A stretch of 64,000 nt of DNA from Pelomyxa schiedti (Eukaryota > Protista > Evosea), in the NCBI GenBank assembly GCA_020536535.1, contig JAHLWZ010000819.1, forward strand, positions 49,168 through 113,167. Direction: 5' to 3'. The translations under genes and the position numbers were made by a program. The notes under the pieces were generated by a model that searched no databases, was not told the origin of the DNA, and was given only the letters and a program-made list of their open reading frames with translations. Every line of letters starts with the position of its first letter. Position 1 is the stretch's first letter. Below are positions 1-13,200 of this stretch, piece by piece.

Positions 1-490
1 TTTGCACCATTCTCTTTTTCACAGCCTCGCTCATCTTGATGTTTTTTGCATGTACCTACAACGTAACAGTTCTTACCCGTAATTCATGTGTGTCTCTTCC
101 TTTTCTGACTGTCTCCAGACCAATAACTCTACACTCAGACAAAATAAAGAAGTGGCTGGAAATTATACCTCCATTCATATATGCCCTAACTGGTATTCCA
201 ACCCATCCATTCCTCTTCTACATATCCTTGACCCAGAATCTAATACCCACTAATAACAACTCCCAGCTTTTCTTATGGTTCTCATTGGACTTTCCATGAA
301 CCTCGCCATGTTCTACACTCTGGATGTTTGGAACGATCATCCCAAGACATATCACGCATCTTATGCCCTGGCAGTCACTCTGGCGTCAGATTTTGTCTTC
401 ACACTACCTGCAGGCATTGCTATGCTGTTCAATCGTAAAGGGGACACAGATCAGTACGCAGGTGTGGCAATGGATTCTGTGGTGGATTGA
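1..490 (+). CDS. 3' part of a multi-pass membrane protein of unknown family (5' end outside window)
   Basis: Hydrophobic exons (KWLEIIPPFIYALT | AFLMVLIGLSMNLAMF...YALAVTLASDFVFTLPAGIAMLF) join across a GT..AG intron at ~202-266; stop at 488-490. Confidence 0.55.
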
Positions 491-738
491 ACTTCAATCT
501 CGTCATAGTATCATGAAGTGTAAATGGCAAAAAAAAAGAGGTTTTTTTTTGGCCTCATTTTATTTTCCCTGTTTACCATACACCATAGAACTGTGATCAC
601 AGTTCTTGAAAAAGGGGAAGACGTACTTGTCCCGTTTTCCCTACAACACAGAATCCGAACTTGAAGTGTGCCGGGTACAGATGCCAAAGTGATCAAATCT
701 GACGTGTGATTAAGAATTACATTAATTAAAAAAATAAG

Positions 739-3004
739 ATGAAGAACACCCACGGCAACAATGACCCACCAAAGAAGACCAACAGTCCCAAGAAGCCTAC
801 GCCAGACACACACACTACTTCTACCTGTTCTACGTCGTCCTCGTCCCGGGACATGCCTTTCACCCGTAGCGCCGCGCGATTGGCCGCCAAGTCTGCCTCA
901 ACACAACAACAGCATCAGGAAAAGAAACCTGCTGGCGGTGGCACGGCGGCGGCGCGAGATCTCCGCAACACAAAGCCGCAGCCGCAGCCGCACCATACGT
1001 CAACTTCGACTAGTAGTACTACGAGCCGCGATGGGCGCAACGCTAGTGGGAATTCCGTTGCCTCTCGTTTGCCTGGAAATGGACAATCTCAGAACGGGAC
1101 GCAGTCTCAATCTCGTAGACAGCGATCTCAGAACTCAGCACCTGTGGACGTGGACGTGGACGTGGACGCGAACGGCGATGCTGATTGTGATATCGTTGCG
1201 CCGGGTGACTCGGAGGAGAGGATCGAGTCCTTTGTGAGTTTGACAAATTGTGACAGGGACGCTGCTAGGCAATTCCTTATGGTTGTAAAATGGCACTCAA
1301 TGTATATTTGTAATAACCGGGCTTTCTTAGGTGCATGGCTGGGATCTAGAATGGAGTGTAAATGAATTCCTGGGAGAAGGGAGCAAGCCGGAACAGGCTG
1401 AAGTCAGGGCGCCTATCAAGTCCATTGTTGACCAAATTCAACCCCGATCACCTCGAGTAAACAAGGTACTGTGATACTGAAATAGTTTATTCCTTGGGAA
1501 CCATGATTTAGCAGGGTCATATATCCATGCCTACTTCAGGGTTTTCAAAGAATGTCCCCCTTCCAGTGTTTGATTCCTTTAAGAAAGCTGGGTCAGGTTC
1601 GAAATTGCCGGCAATAAAGCAAAGTAGAATGTACATCCTGTGAAACTGACGAAATTTTCACAATTAATGTTAGGATCCAGTGAGGGGCTGTGTGATCCTA
1701 AGAAACTAAATGTTTTGGAAGAAATTTTTCGACCACCTGTTGATTTACTGAATCCTGGCCCCTTTGAAACAGTTCCTACTTTTTTCCTCCATTTCTTTTA
1801 TATAACTTCATGACAGGTCATGTGCCTTGCAACCCAAAAGGAAAAATGGATGCTCGTCTCTCTAATTGATCCATTAAAAGACTTTCCTTCCAATGTCCTG
1901 AATCGTGATGGATGGAAGAACCCTGAAATACACCAACTTGTAAAGAACAACTTCATTCTCTGGCAGATGGACATTTCCTCTCCAGACACACAATCCTATA
2001 AGACAGTAGGCACTTTATTTTAGTTTATTTGATACTAATTTCTCTAGTGCTACCAGCCAGAAGGTCCAGTACCACACCTTGCCATTCTTGACTGGCTTAC
2101 CCGGGAATGCAAAGCCAAGCACAACGGTCCTATCACCTGTGACGAGTTGCGGACATTCCGTATGCCTTTTATCCACGGCAAAGCCTGCTAATAATGTTTA
2201 GTTAAGAACTTTTTGAGGGATCATGGTGATGACAACAACTTTGAGTGCGACAATATAGCAACCTCAAACCAGCATACAGCAACATCAATTCAGCGAACAA
2301 GTTCGGGCACCACACTTGGAACGAGTAAGAGTAATACGGGCACCACACTCGGAACGAGTAAGAGTAATACAACCTGTTCAGCTGAGGAGATAGTGGAACT
2401 ACAAGATAGCGAAGAAGAGAAAGAGGATTCCGACGAAGTAATGGCCAAACGAGAGCCCCTTACAAACGAGCATCATTACCGTTCACCACCAAATAAGAAG
2501 CCAAGGTGTGACGCAGCAACGGACAAGCAAGTAACAAGCAGCAAAGCTTTCAAAATGCTTGGAAAAAGCGACCCGAGCAAGGAATGCACCGTGCCGAAGC
2601 CTGAACATGTTTCCACTTCGCCATCTGCTCCACAGCAACCACCACCTAGCCTGACTCCCGCCGTAGACCCTCTACAAGGCGTCCCAGAGAAAGACATTTG
2701 TGAAATAAAGGTCATAATGAAGCACACTGTAAACCAACATCTACTAACATAAAAAAGATTCGCCACAATGAGTCTACAACCGTTGTTAGGCTGTTAGTAA
2801 ATAGCACTCTGTCAGACCTACGGAAGCAAGTTGAAGCCAAGTGCAACCCTCCAGCCAATTTCAAACTGTTTACCATTTTCCCCCGCAAGGAACTCACTGA
2901 CCCTTCAGAGACTCTCACAAACCTTGGTACTCGTTGCACATCATTTCTTCCTCTCTAACCACCTCACAGGCCTGGCACCGCGGTCCGTTCTGCTTCTCTT
3001 CTGA
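739..3004 (+). CDS. UBX-domain p97/Cdc48 adaptor, UBXN7/Ubx5-like (UBA-like + UAS + UBX)
   Basis: UBA-like IESFVSLTNCDRDAARQFL; UAS-like KEKWMLVSL...NVLNRDGWKNPEIHQLVKNNFILWQ; spliced C-terminal UBX ICEIK|IRHNESTTVV...FKLFTIFPRKEL...ETLTNL|GLAPRSVLLLF* (TGA 3002-3004). Start could be 739 or 853. Confidence 0.85.
2304..2369 (+). repeat. 33-nt tandem duplication inside the UBX gene (GTTLGTSKSNT x2)
   Basis: cgggcaccacactYggaacgagtaagagtaata at 2304 and 2337; one synonymous mismatch (CTT/CTC). Confidence 0.95.
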
Positions 3005-3181
3005 GTCTCACCTACTGGCCGCGAGTGTGAGAACAAACCAACAAAAACGGTTCTGGTATTGGGAGAATAAAACGACAAAACAAACCCGAAATTCCCTTAA
3101 AAGCTACAGAAAGGAATAGATTTACGGCAGATCTGTTTAGTTAGGGGAAATCACAAGAGTGATGGTTTTTGTCGGTTAGAG

Positions 3182-4849
3182 ATGGACGACGCACCGAGCG
3201 AGCCGGCAACGGCCAACGGGGCAGGGCCCGTGTGGCAGAAAAAGGATGCGAAGTGGGTGTGGCTGTTGATAACGAAATTGGTTCTCGCGGGGCTCGTGGT
3301 TGTGTTTATGGTCTCAGCCACCGAGGCTACAAACAGAATTCAAGTTGCGTGCATTTTTGTCGGGTTTATGTTATTATTATTCCTCTTCCAACCGGCGTAG
3401 GTGCATTATGGGTACACCAAGCCCTACTTCATGACATACTTCTGCACTAGTTTCTTGATATTTATTGGTTTGGGGCAGGTGCTTGCTTTTTTTTCCCCTT
3501 CTTCTTGTATCTCAAATCAACACCAGACTGCAGCTTTCATTATTACTTCTCTTATGCATAAGAAGAAGATAACCAGGGACCTGTTTCAACAAAGTACATT
3601 TAAAACACACTCTCTTCTCAAAGTTGTGATGCTGGCACCTCTTTTCTCTGTATTCTGGTTTCTGGCCAATTACCTATTCGTGAGCTCCTAGCCATCCCAG
3701 ACATAATACCTTTATCAACAACCAATTGATAGTCCTACGGGGTTGGAAAAACAAACTCTGCATCTGCACTTAGCATTGAACAACTGGCTACGGTTTTAGT
3801 ATTCATTGGATCAGTGATCTTTTTGAAGGAAAGAGTAACCGATTTAAAACTTCTCAGTACTACGGTACCCCTTTAGCTTCACTCCTGAATGAACCCGAGA
3901 CTTATAAACACAAAAACTCTAGATATGCGTTGTAGGAGTTGTGTTAATTGCCTGTGCTGACGAGTTAGTAACGGACAGTGTTGCTCCAACAGCAATTTCA
4001 CAGTCTCTTGAGGGGGATTTACTCGTGATAGGATCGACTGTAGCAACAGCAGCATGTATTTTATTAAGGAGTCATTAACGTATATTTACATTACTAGATA
4101 TGATTTCCTATGCTCGTTTGCTCTCCGGTGTTTGCCTTCTGCCCGCTGTAAATACTTTCTTGGGGCTTATAGGACTTTCCAATATCCTCCTCTTCTGGCC
4201 AGGACTGGTAATTCACTCTCTCTACCAAAGCAATGTGCATGACTTTCAGCCAGCTAATTTGGGATGCGACTGGCTGGGAAACCTTCGAATTTCCCTCTGG
4301 GGAGGTTCTTGGATTATTGATTCTATCTGCTCTTCTACAACTCGGCTACAACTACACTCTCAATGTAGGCATAGTAATTGCCTCCCCACTGTACATGAGA
4401 ATCGCCACAGTATGTACTACGTTCTCGTAATTATTTTTTATTATCCCAAAAACGGCAAAAAGCAAGCAACTTCCCACTCAACTCAAGATCGTACTTTCAA
4501 AATTCACTGGAATTTAGACACACACGCCAACAACCAGTTAATCTTATAGCACATTCACAGCAATCAACAGATTTGTGCACTTCCAGTCTCATTCCTCGTT
4601 GACACTCTGCTGTTTGACGTTCCCTTCAACTGGCTACGAATTACAGGCGCCGGCGTGGTGTCAATCGGCTTTGTGCTCTTTGCCACAATCGCAGAAAGGA
4701 TGCTGGTCCCCTGGCCCTGGCTCAGTTCCCAGGCCAAAGCAAATCTGGTACCCTGGCCTTGTAACATATGCCCAAACCACAGGCCAGACAGTTCTGAATC
4801 TGAGCCACCCATCAACGACGTCGACGGTAGTACCAGACTCCTGAGCTGA
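3182..4849 (+). CDS. Drug/metabolite transporter (EamA fold), SLC35F-like
   Basis: About 10 hydrophobic segments; YTKPYFMTYFCTSF, FSVFWFLANYLF, GDLLVIGS, LNVGIVIASPLYMRIAT, ICALPVSFLVD match the SLC35F pattern. Confidence 0.85.
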
Positions 4850-4952
4850 CATTTACCACCCCAGTTGAAAAAACCGATCTACGCCTTTCCTGTAACGATG
4901 TTGCGCGATCAAACGAACGATTTAACGAACAAAAAAAAAAAAAAGAAAAGAA

Positions 4953-7900
4953 ATGAAGTGGGAGGGGATGCTGCCGGTGTTGGTCTTTGTTCTTTGTTTG
5001 TTTGTCGACAGTGGTGCGTGTCGAGTCATGTACGGAAAAAGTGCAGCTACTGGAGACCCTTTGGTCATCCGTTTCGATCCCGCTGAATCGCCGTTTTCTT
5101 CTCAGCACCAAAACCTTGCTTGGTATTTCCTTCCCCAAAGCGCTTGGAATTAGGTTTTAACAGATAGAGAATGTAGGTTTTTGGAAGAGACTTTCAACAC
5201 TATACGGGTTGGTGATTTGCACCAAGTTTCCTCTATGCCAGCAATTTTTGGTGACAAGACAAATGTAATTGTCATTTACACACAAAGTTACTTTGGAATT
5301 CCCGTACAAGGTTTCTTTGTGAAGCTACTTTGGCTTTTTTAAAAAGGAAAAAAACAGGTGCAAGCCTCAAGGCCGTTTTTGATTTGCATAATAGGCTTCT
5401 ACAGGCATCCTTTAAGTTGGTTGATAGGTAAGTTCCCCCTGAATTCTTTATTCTGATAGTTTTCAGTATAACACTTGATCCCAACCCTTCAGTGAGCCCA
5501 GAATTGGCTATCAAATGGGCTATGAGGGATGCACATTTGATGTCGGTACCTTCACCTTTGCGGAAGTTGCTACTTCCTAGGGGTAGGGAAATGCAATGCA
5601 TTATAAAACTCACCAATTTAGATTTGATCACCCATAAGACCTCTCTTAAGGTTTATAGAAGTGGACTCACGACTGGTAGTTCTGGGGCTAATCACCTTAT
5701 ATGGGAAATACAATTTCGCTCTGCCTCCAGCACGATAATGGACCCTCAATTGTATTTTTCCTGTTTCCATTCCATGCTTAACTTTTTCCCACAGTGCATT
5801 CTTGGTTGATGCCCATTCCGCAGATGTTCTTGGGGTGAGAAATCTTCTCAAAGGCTCCCTTTATCGGTACAAATATCCTTTCAATTCGATCTAAATAGCT
5901 CGAAGTGAACTTCGGGATTACCCAAGTACTTCACCATACTGGGTTGAAGGTGACTCTATGCCAAAAGATGATGTGGAGGGAACAGCATTCCTCAATGCTG
6001 CAGGTGACTACTACACAACACTCTATAACATGTACAAGTGGCGCTCATATGACAACAGAGGTTCTTCCCATTCCCCCTTTTTTTTTTGTTCTTACTTTAA
6101 TCAGACTCTCCCCTTATTGGAAACGTAAACATGGAAGATAAAAATGTTTGCCCAAATGCATATTTCTCTGATAGTGATAACATGACCTACTTCTGCACTG
6201 GGTTGTCTCGCTATGACAGTACAGCCACCACTCCATTAGCCACTGTGCTTTGATCACACTTTCTACAGTTGCCACACATGAACTCGGTCACGCACTTTCG
6301 TCTTGCCTTGATAATGGATACTACGAATATATGTCAGGTGCCCTTCAAGAAGCCTTTTCTGATACGATTGCTGAGACATTCTCACAGTTTTGGAATGGGA
6401 GTGGTATTACTTTTTTTTTTTCCTTCCCATTTGCTTATATCTTTGAAGGGTATTACGATATCCGAGATCCTAGACGCACTTGCTTGAATACATCAGTTGC
6501 CACTCAAAAGAGATGGATTGTTGGGGATGACTGTGAACTGTTTGGTGATGGTAAGCTGAAAGTTCATGTTAACAAACACTACCCCTGATACAGGATTGAG
6601 AGATATGTACAACCCAACTTGTGGTGACCTTCCCGAAACTATTTCCACAATGCAATGCTTTCCTTATGACATGAATGGGGTGCACTACAATTGCGGTAGG
6701 TCCCTCTTGTTGCGCTTTTTTTTTTTTTAAGGGAGGGAAAAAAAAAAAGGGCCACCCTCAGTGCTCTTTTCTTTGCTCTCTGATGGTGGTTATTTTTATG
6801 GACCGCTATACCCTGGAATAGGCCTATTAAAGGTTTAGGTGGCTGAGGTATGGCTTCAAATGAATATTGTTTATAGGCATGGCATATTTTCTTTCAAGCG
6901 AAGTATGAATACCAGTCCCCTTCAGAAACTTTCTCAGAGTACGCTGGACATCTTCAGATGGCTTGTGACGATCTTGCCGATGAAGAAGGCAATCTGATTG
7001 ACCAGTACGGAACAATAACAGATGAGCATGTTATCCCTGATGATTGTGATATACTTGGTATTCCAAACTTTTTTTTATTATGGATACGCCAACAAACGAA
7101 AATAAAACAAAACCAAGACGATCTTATTGACGCTGTGGGGATGACCGATACTCCTTGTATGCAACATTTCACATCTCAAACGATTTATTTGATTTAGGCT
7201 CCAATTATGTTTTCTGGGGTGCCTACCCTTCGTACATCCCTGTTTCTGGAGGGGTCACTGCCATATACACTTCTGGTTGCTCTGGTTGTACCACATTTAT
7301 GAAGGTTTATTTCCCCTGTGCTTATTCCGTTAAAATATCAACAGCTGGGCACTGAGACGTACTCTAGTGAATCTGAAGTTTTCACTTATTTTGGTACAAC
7401 CACTGGGTGGAATCAATACTCTCCATTTCAAATACCAGGTACATCCTCGTCAACAGTGTAGTACCAATTTTTTTTTGTTTTAAGAATTACTGGGTTCAAA
7501 TATGCTTGTCAACTTCTCAATTGCCAGTGACTCCAATTTTGCCAATACTCCTGCTCTAGATGACCTATATTCCCTTCCAATGACAATAGAGTATTACGGT
7601 AGCGCACTCACCTACAACCGTAAGCCAACCAAAAACAGAGCAACCAACGTTCAGTGGTGTGAGTCCTGATTCTGGTAGTGTGGATGGAGGGTATTGGATA
7701 TCAATTAAGGGAGAAGGTTTCCAGGCGTTCCCGGGACCATGCAGCCCGATTACAGGATTTTACTATGACTGCCTTGTTTGTAAGTCAAATTTGTGGTTTA
7801 TGCAAAATAAAAGAAAGGACCAACAATATACAGGTGTGTGGCAGAGTGGAGAATCTGGTGTGTATGCAGACTACGGCCTATTTGTCTCTTCCACCGAGAT

Positions 7901-8267
7901 ACAGTGCTTGGCACCAGCTGTTTCCCAACCAAGTATATGGAACATCAGTGTTTCCCTGAACCTGCACTCAATAGCTGACGGCTATGTTGAATTCCACTAC
8001 GAAGATGATGACAGTATTATCTGCCCTCCTATGCCCCTTTTTACTTACCACTATTCTAGACTTGGTTCTAATTATCGTTGTCTGCGTAATCGTTGGTGTT
8101 GGAATAATAGCTGGTGCTGTGGTGTGTCCCATCCCAGCCCCTTTTGGTCCCATAATTCCAACCCACACACTCCATAGGTAATCGGGATCGTCGCTCACCA
8201 CTACAACCGCAAGAGGCAGTACGACCAGCTTCCGAACTCCACCCAAATCCCCAAGAGCGCCTCTTGA
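4953..8267 (+). CDS. Thermolysin-family (M4) zinc metalloprotease precursor with IPT/TIG-like domain and C-terminal transmembrane helix
   Basis: Signal peptide MLPVLVFVLCLFVDSGAC; FTP-like propeptide TQSYFGIPVQG; NAYFSD; HELGH (HExxH); GALQEAFSD; GVHYNCG; GIGLLK|AWHIFFQA; IPT-like VSPDSGSVDGGYWISIKGEGF; TM LVLIIVVCVIVGVGIIAGA|VIGIVA; stop 8265-8267. Confidence 0.85.
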
Positions 8268-8491
8268 TCTCGCGCGCCCAACTTGGGTCCGACCAGCCCC
8301 AACACCGTAGTTGTCATTTATAGAAGCCAAACAAAAAATCAAGGGCGCAGTTGCCTAAAGAACAATCAAACGAACATTAATCTGCCTGGGGCTGAAGTTG
8401 TTGATGTCGAATCTTGACACCAACACAACAAAATAAAAAACCAGAGACCAGCAACACCCGCAACGACCACCAAGCCGATGAACAACGGCCT

Positions 8492-10211
8492 ATGAATCGC
8501 ACTAGATTCGGCAGCAACAGCAATGGGTGTAACAATACAAGCAAACTACTGCACAATCCGCACCGGCACCACCACACTCCCACCGACACGAGTTGCGTCA
8601 ACGACAGCGGAGGCGACAACGACGACAGCGATGACGATAATAAGCCGACCGCGCCCCCCCCGCCCACCCCGCGGCCTCCCTCGCCGCGCACCGGCGGCGC
8701 CGCCCACGCACTCACCGTTCCCGACCTTGGCACCTCGGCCCCAGCGACCGTGTGCTCGCCGACGCTACGGCAGAGTACGGCGAATTGCACCTCGGCTAGC
8801 GGGAGAGGCACGGGCGAATGTGGCGGCGCTGTGGGATGGGTGATTTGGAGCGTGGTTGTGCCGCAAGTTGGCTTGCTCGATGATCCTTGCTCGTTGATTG
8901 GGGTCGGCGAGGTGTGGTCCGACCTTATCCCGGCAATCGGTTCCGCTCTCGCTGGAAGTGGGTTCCTCCTTTCTTTGTTATTAAATTGTGACAAATTTCG
9001 TAGAAGTGGGTCACTGCCACTCTGTTGTTACCTGTGCTCAGCAAGACGCTCGCCTCTTTGTGGAGTGGTTGCTCAAGCACCCTCCTATGCAGTTCACAGG
9101 ACCAGGGGGTGCTCCCATAGACGTAGAGCCTCCTTTTGGTGCCCCTCTCCCTTCAAGTGCAACTGTAAGTCTGAATCTCCTAGTGTATACCCCCTTGCCA
9201 TCACTATATGAGTGGTACAATTCTCTTTCCTCAGCTTTCCTGGAGGCTTGTAGGGGTGGCCACTTGACCACAGCAAGTACGTTGTCGAACCTGATTGCCA
9301 CGTTCCATAGCAAAGTTCAATTCCAAGGAGTGGCACTGGATCCAGTGGCTGCACTTGTTGCTTCATGTGGAGGGGTTGACGACGCGAAAAGTTGCTCTAC
9401 TGCCAAGTGGCTTGTAACGCACTACGCTTTATCGAAAGGTGCTGTTACTGAGACCTCTAATAGCGCTTTGAAATCATGCTGTGCCAGCGGAAATATACGC
9501 ACCGCCAAGTTCTTGACCTCCAATTTTTCCTTGACCACCAAAGAAGAACCGGCATTGCCAAAGGATGTACCACAGCCCGGACAACACACACGCTACTTCA
9601 AAACTCAAAACCCAGATAGCGGAACCAGCAGTGATGCGGTTGAATGTTTAGTTTTATGTTGCACTGGTGGTCACTTGGATATGATGGCTTGGCTCGTGCT
9701 GGAATTTTCTATTGACGTCAGCGACCTACTTTCAAGTGACTGTGACGCCTTTGTGCGCTCTTGTGCTTCAGGGAATATTGAGTGCGTGAAGTGGTTGGCA
9801 CTCCACTTTTCTCTACTAGGAAGACCAGAAGTACGCTCATGCTGTGGACCGATTTTACGGTCTTGCTGTGCGCGGGGCAAGGCTGATGTAGCACAGTGGC
9901 TAGTGGATGCCTTTCATTTAGGCTATGATGAAGCTATGTACGTAAAAGTTGTGCACCCAGACATGCAAAACAGCAAAGTTGCACAGTGGATTGAAGAGCA
10001 GAAACTCTTGGAAGAGGAAGACTACCTAGACGATAACGAAGACGCGTATGCAGACGAACAGGCAAGCACAGAATCGGACTCGGATGCCTCCTCCGGTATA
10101 TCATCTGATGAGGAGGAGCCCGACGCACCAAAAGCCGAACAAACCCCAACACCAGCCGAACCAAAACAAGTGCCCATTCCCCCACTTATCGTCCTAAACC
10201 GTTCTGTGTAA
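8492..10211 (+). CDS. Ankyrin-like repeat protein with low-complexity N-terminus and acidic C-terminus
   Basis: Repeated motifs AFLEACRGGHL, ALKSCCASGNIRTAKFL, LCCTGGHLDMMAWLV, AFVRSCASGNIECVKWL, LRSCCARGKADVAQWLV in ORF 8988-10211, joined to the GC-rich upstream ORF by one intron. Start approximate. Confidence 0.75.
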
Positions 10212-10250
10212 AAAACAAAAATCTTTGGTAAAAGTCTCTCTGTGGTTTTT

Positions 10251-13200
10251 TTAAAGTCTTTTACAAAGAAGCTTGTGAATTGGCCAGTGTGCTGGTTAGG
10301 TAGGGAGAATATTAGAGAAACTGAAGCGCAGTTAGGGAACCAAACCTTTTTGGCATTCCTTTCCGCAATAGGGAGCACTGTTACAACCACCACAGAGTAA
10401 GCACTTCACTTGTTTGCCACAGTTGCTACATGTTTTCAGTTTCTTGCCTGCGGGTGTGCCACTGGTAGTATTACTTGCAGTTGTTGTGGTGGTTGCAGTT
10501 CGCACAGGGTGTGCTGCTGGTGATGTAGAATGTGGAATTGGTGAAGGTGGTGGTTGCTGGTGCTGCTGCTGTTGCTGCTGTTGTTTTTGAGTAGTTGTGG
10601 CAGTAGGTTGTGGAGCGGCGGGAGTTGCCGGAGGTGTGGGCTTTCTTGTATTAGTGGTGGGGTTGTTGACTCCGCGAGTTTTATTGGAGGATGACACCTG
10701 CGGAGGTTGTTGTTTGTTCTTCTTAGCTTTGTTCTTTTTGTTGCTGGCCTTGGACTTTTGCTGGGGTTTTTTATTTGCCTGGGCTACGTTGTGTTGTTGA
10801 GGTTGGGCTCGCTGGTTTTTCTGCGTTTGTTGTGCTTTTTGTCCCTGCTGATCTTTATCTTGGTTTTGCTGGGAACTCTCTGGATGATTGACACAAGTCT
10901 CAACTTGTTGGGGGGGCTCGAGCTTTTCTGCAGGTTGGGCTGTCTGTTACTGATTAGTGAGGTAAATGATATTCTGAAGAGTACGTGCCTGGGTAGGTGC
11001 AGCTTGTGTGCCTGTCTTCTGAGGGAGGTTTGCAAGGCCCTCGGCTATCTTTTTCCCAGTGGAACCTCCAAGAACGGAACACTCGTTTTCAAGGAAGTCG
11101 TTGAGGGGGCCAGTGGGAAGAAGAGTGGCATTACTGGCAGGCGTTGGTAAAGGGGTCGTTGCACTAGCCGGAGGTGGTGCATTCGGTGTGGGCAGGGGTG
11201 TGGGATGTGGAGAAAGGGAAGCCGGCAATTGTTGAAGATAGTGAAGATGGTGTATGGCAAACATCAAAGTGAGTGTTGTTGCCTCTGCTTTAAGAGGTGA
11301 TAGTAAACGTTGGATTTCGGAAATTTCCCACTCGCTGTCAACGTCACCAAATAAAACAGGCATGTGTTGTAGCATCAATAAGAAGAGTGCCTCGCGCATT
11401 GTCTCGAGGGATGCCTAGAGTGATGCTAAGTGAAAGGAATATTGCGAGGTTCATACAAGGGAAGAGTTAAAAGGATGACGGTCTTGATAGTGCAAGATTT
11501 TGGTTTCCAGATTTCTTTGTGCATCCATAAAGACCTTTTTCTCTATGTTGCCAGGGAGGAAGTTTGGCAGGATAAGGGAAATCTAGTGGAGCAACGTAAG
11601 GTTAATAGCATAAGGGGAAATACAACATTTGAAATGCTGTCATGTATTGCGTTATTCCTCTCTGGTCGCATTTGAAGCTTCAGGCGGGAAACCCAGGATT
11701 GAAAGTAGGTGCCTGATACAGCAGAATCAATCATTTCCATTTCAAATGCAGTCCGTACCACTGGATCGGCACATCCTTTCATTCGCATTAAGAGGACATT
11801 GTTTAACATTCAAAGAACGTTTCTACAAACCGGCGCCAATTGACACAAGAGAGCTTGTGTGATAAGCATTTGCCCAACTAGGGGAAATGTATTCAGATTT
11901 TGACAGCAACGGATCTCTTCGTGTATCCAGATCAGTGCCATATTTACCAAACAGTATCGCAAACGCATGGCAGCAGGCAATCCCAACCTTGTAGTAATGC
12001 TGAAGGTCACTTTGCATAACTGAGAAGAGCACTCTAGGAAGATGCTCCTGGCCCCCTGTTGGGTACATTAAGTTAAACGTAATAGTTGACTGAACCTACA
12101 GGCAACTAGTTTTTGGACTAATTCCATGTGAACTGATACATCCAGCTCGGGTACATGAAGTTGTGTGCATGTGGCAACTAAAGCACTGGTTGTAAGGTCT
12201 AATACTGCATCAGCAGCAGGGGCAGGTTGCCATGTATCCCACAAAGAAAATAAACTGCAGTCTAGAAGATTTACAGCTCTATCACCCGCATAACGTGGTG
12301 CAACAGCTAAGGCGCGCCCGAGTGCACTCAATACCCAGGGACAGTCGCGAGGAGGCACCCACATGCTGAAAACGTAATGCATGCACGCAAAACAAAAATG
12401 TCCTGGATCAGGCCAATTCATGCAAGTAATTAGAAGCTAAGAAAAATAACTGTTAATTGGGACAAAATGGAAGGTGGACCTACTGAAAGTTGATCAAAGT
12501 TGAGCAAAGGAAGAACGCATGACAACAACCGGGAAGTATGTTCAAGGCAGTCACAAAATGGCTTTTGCATATACCAGAATGCGCGATAGTGACTGACAAT
12601 CGCCATTAACTGGTGTGTGAATCAATAAAATGAAGGGAAATGTGATTAGCCACTTGCATTGTATTTAAGAAACAAACCTCAGATATTATACCGTATATTT
12701 TCGTAACAGTAGCAGGTTCAAAAATGGCAAGCCATTCTTCCAATTGCGACCTTGTACGGAACTGCTGCCATGATAAACTCACAACTAAGTCCAGAGTTTC
12801 TCTCCAAACAAAACTGTAGTGCCTGGCCACAAACTTTCGCATATCTGTTTCCGTTGTTTTGATTATTTCTTTGATAATGTTGGGAACCCACCAATAAGAT
12901 GAGCCTGGGAGAAGGTAGCTAGTCTCTCCCGCTCCTCTGGAGGGAGTTTGTTGAATATTTTCAGTTGCTCTTTTGGCCTTAGCTTTGAATACATAGGGTC
13001 TTTTGTTACTTAAGAATTGTCGGAGAATTCTCAGACATACATTATATTGTGGATTCTGCTCAGGCAAGATTTTATAAGGAGGTGCAAAGGACCAGCGTGA
13101 TAACTCATGGCTTGGTTGCGGCATCAATGTTTGTCCAGATCTTAGTAATTTTTGGAGAACACTCTTAAAAAAGGTTAGTCTGTCTTTTTGGCTTTAATGA

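Noticed and set aside
3128-3135. CAGATCTG/GATC-containing words shortly upstream of several start codons (also 61918-61925)
   Set aside because: The word is too short and has too few instances to separate from chance without a genome-wide enrichment test.
10707-11150. Very hydrophobic + strand ORF resembling a membrane protein
   Set aside because: It is antisense to the K/N/Q-rich coding exon of the MYND gene; the hydrophobicity reflects the complement of A-rich codons.
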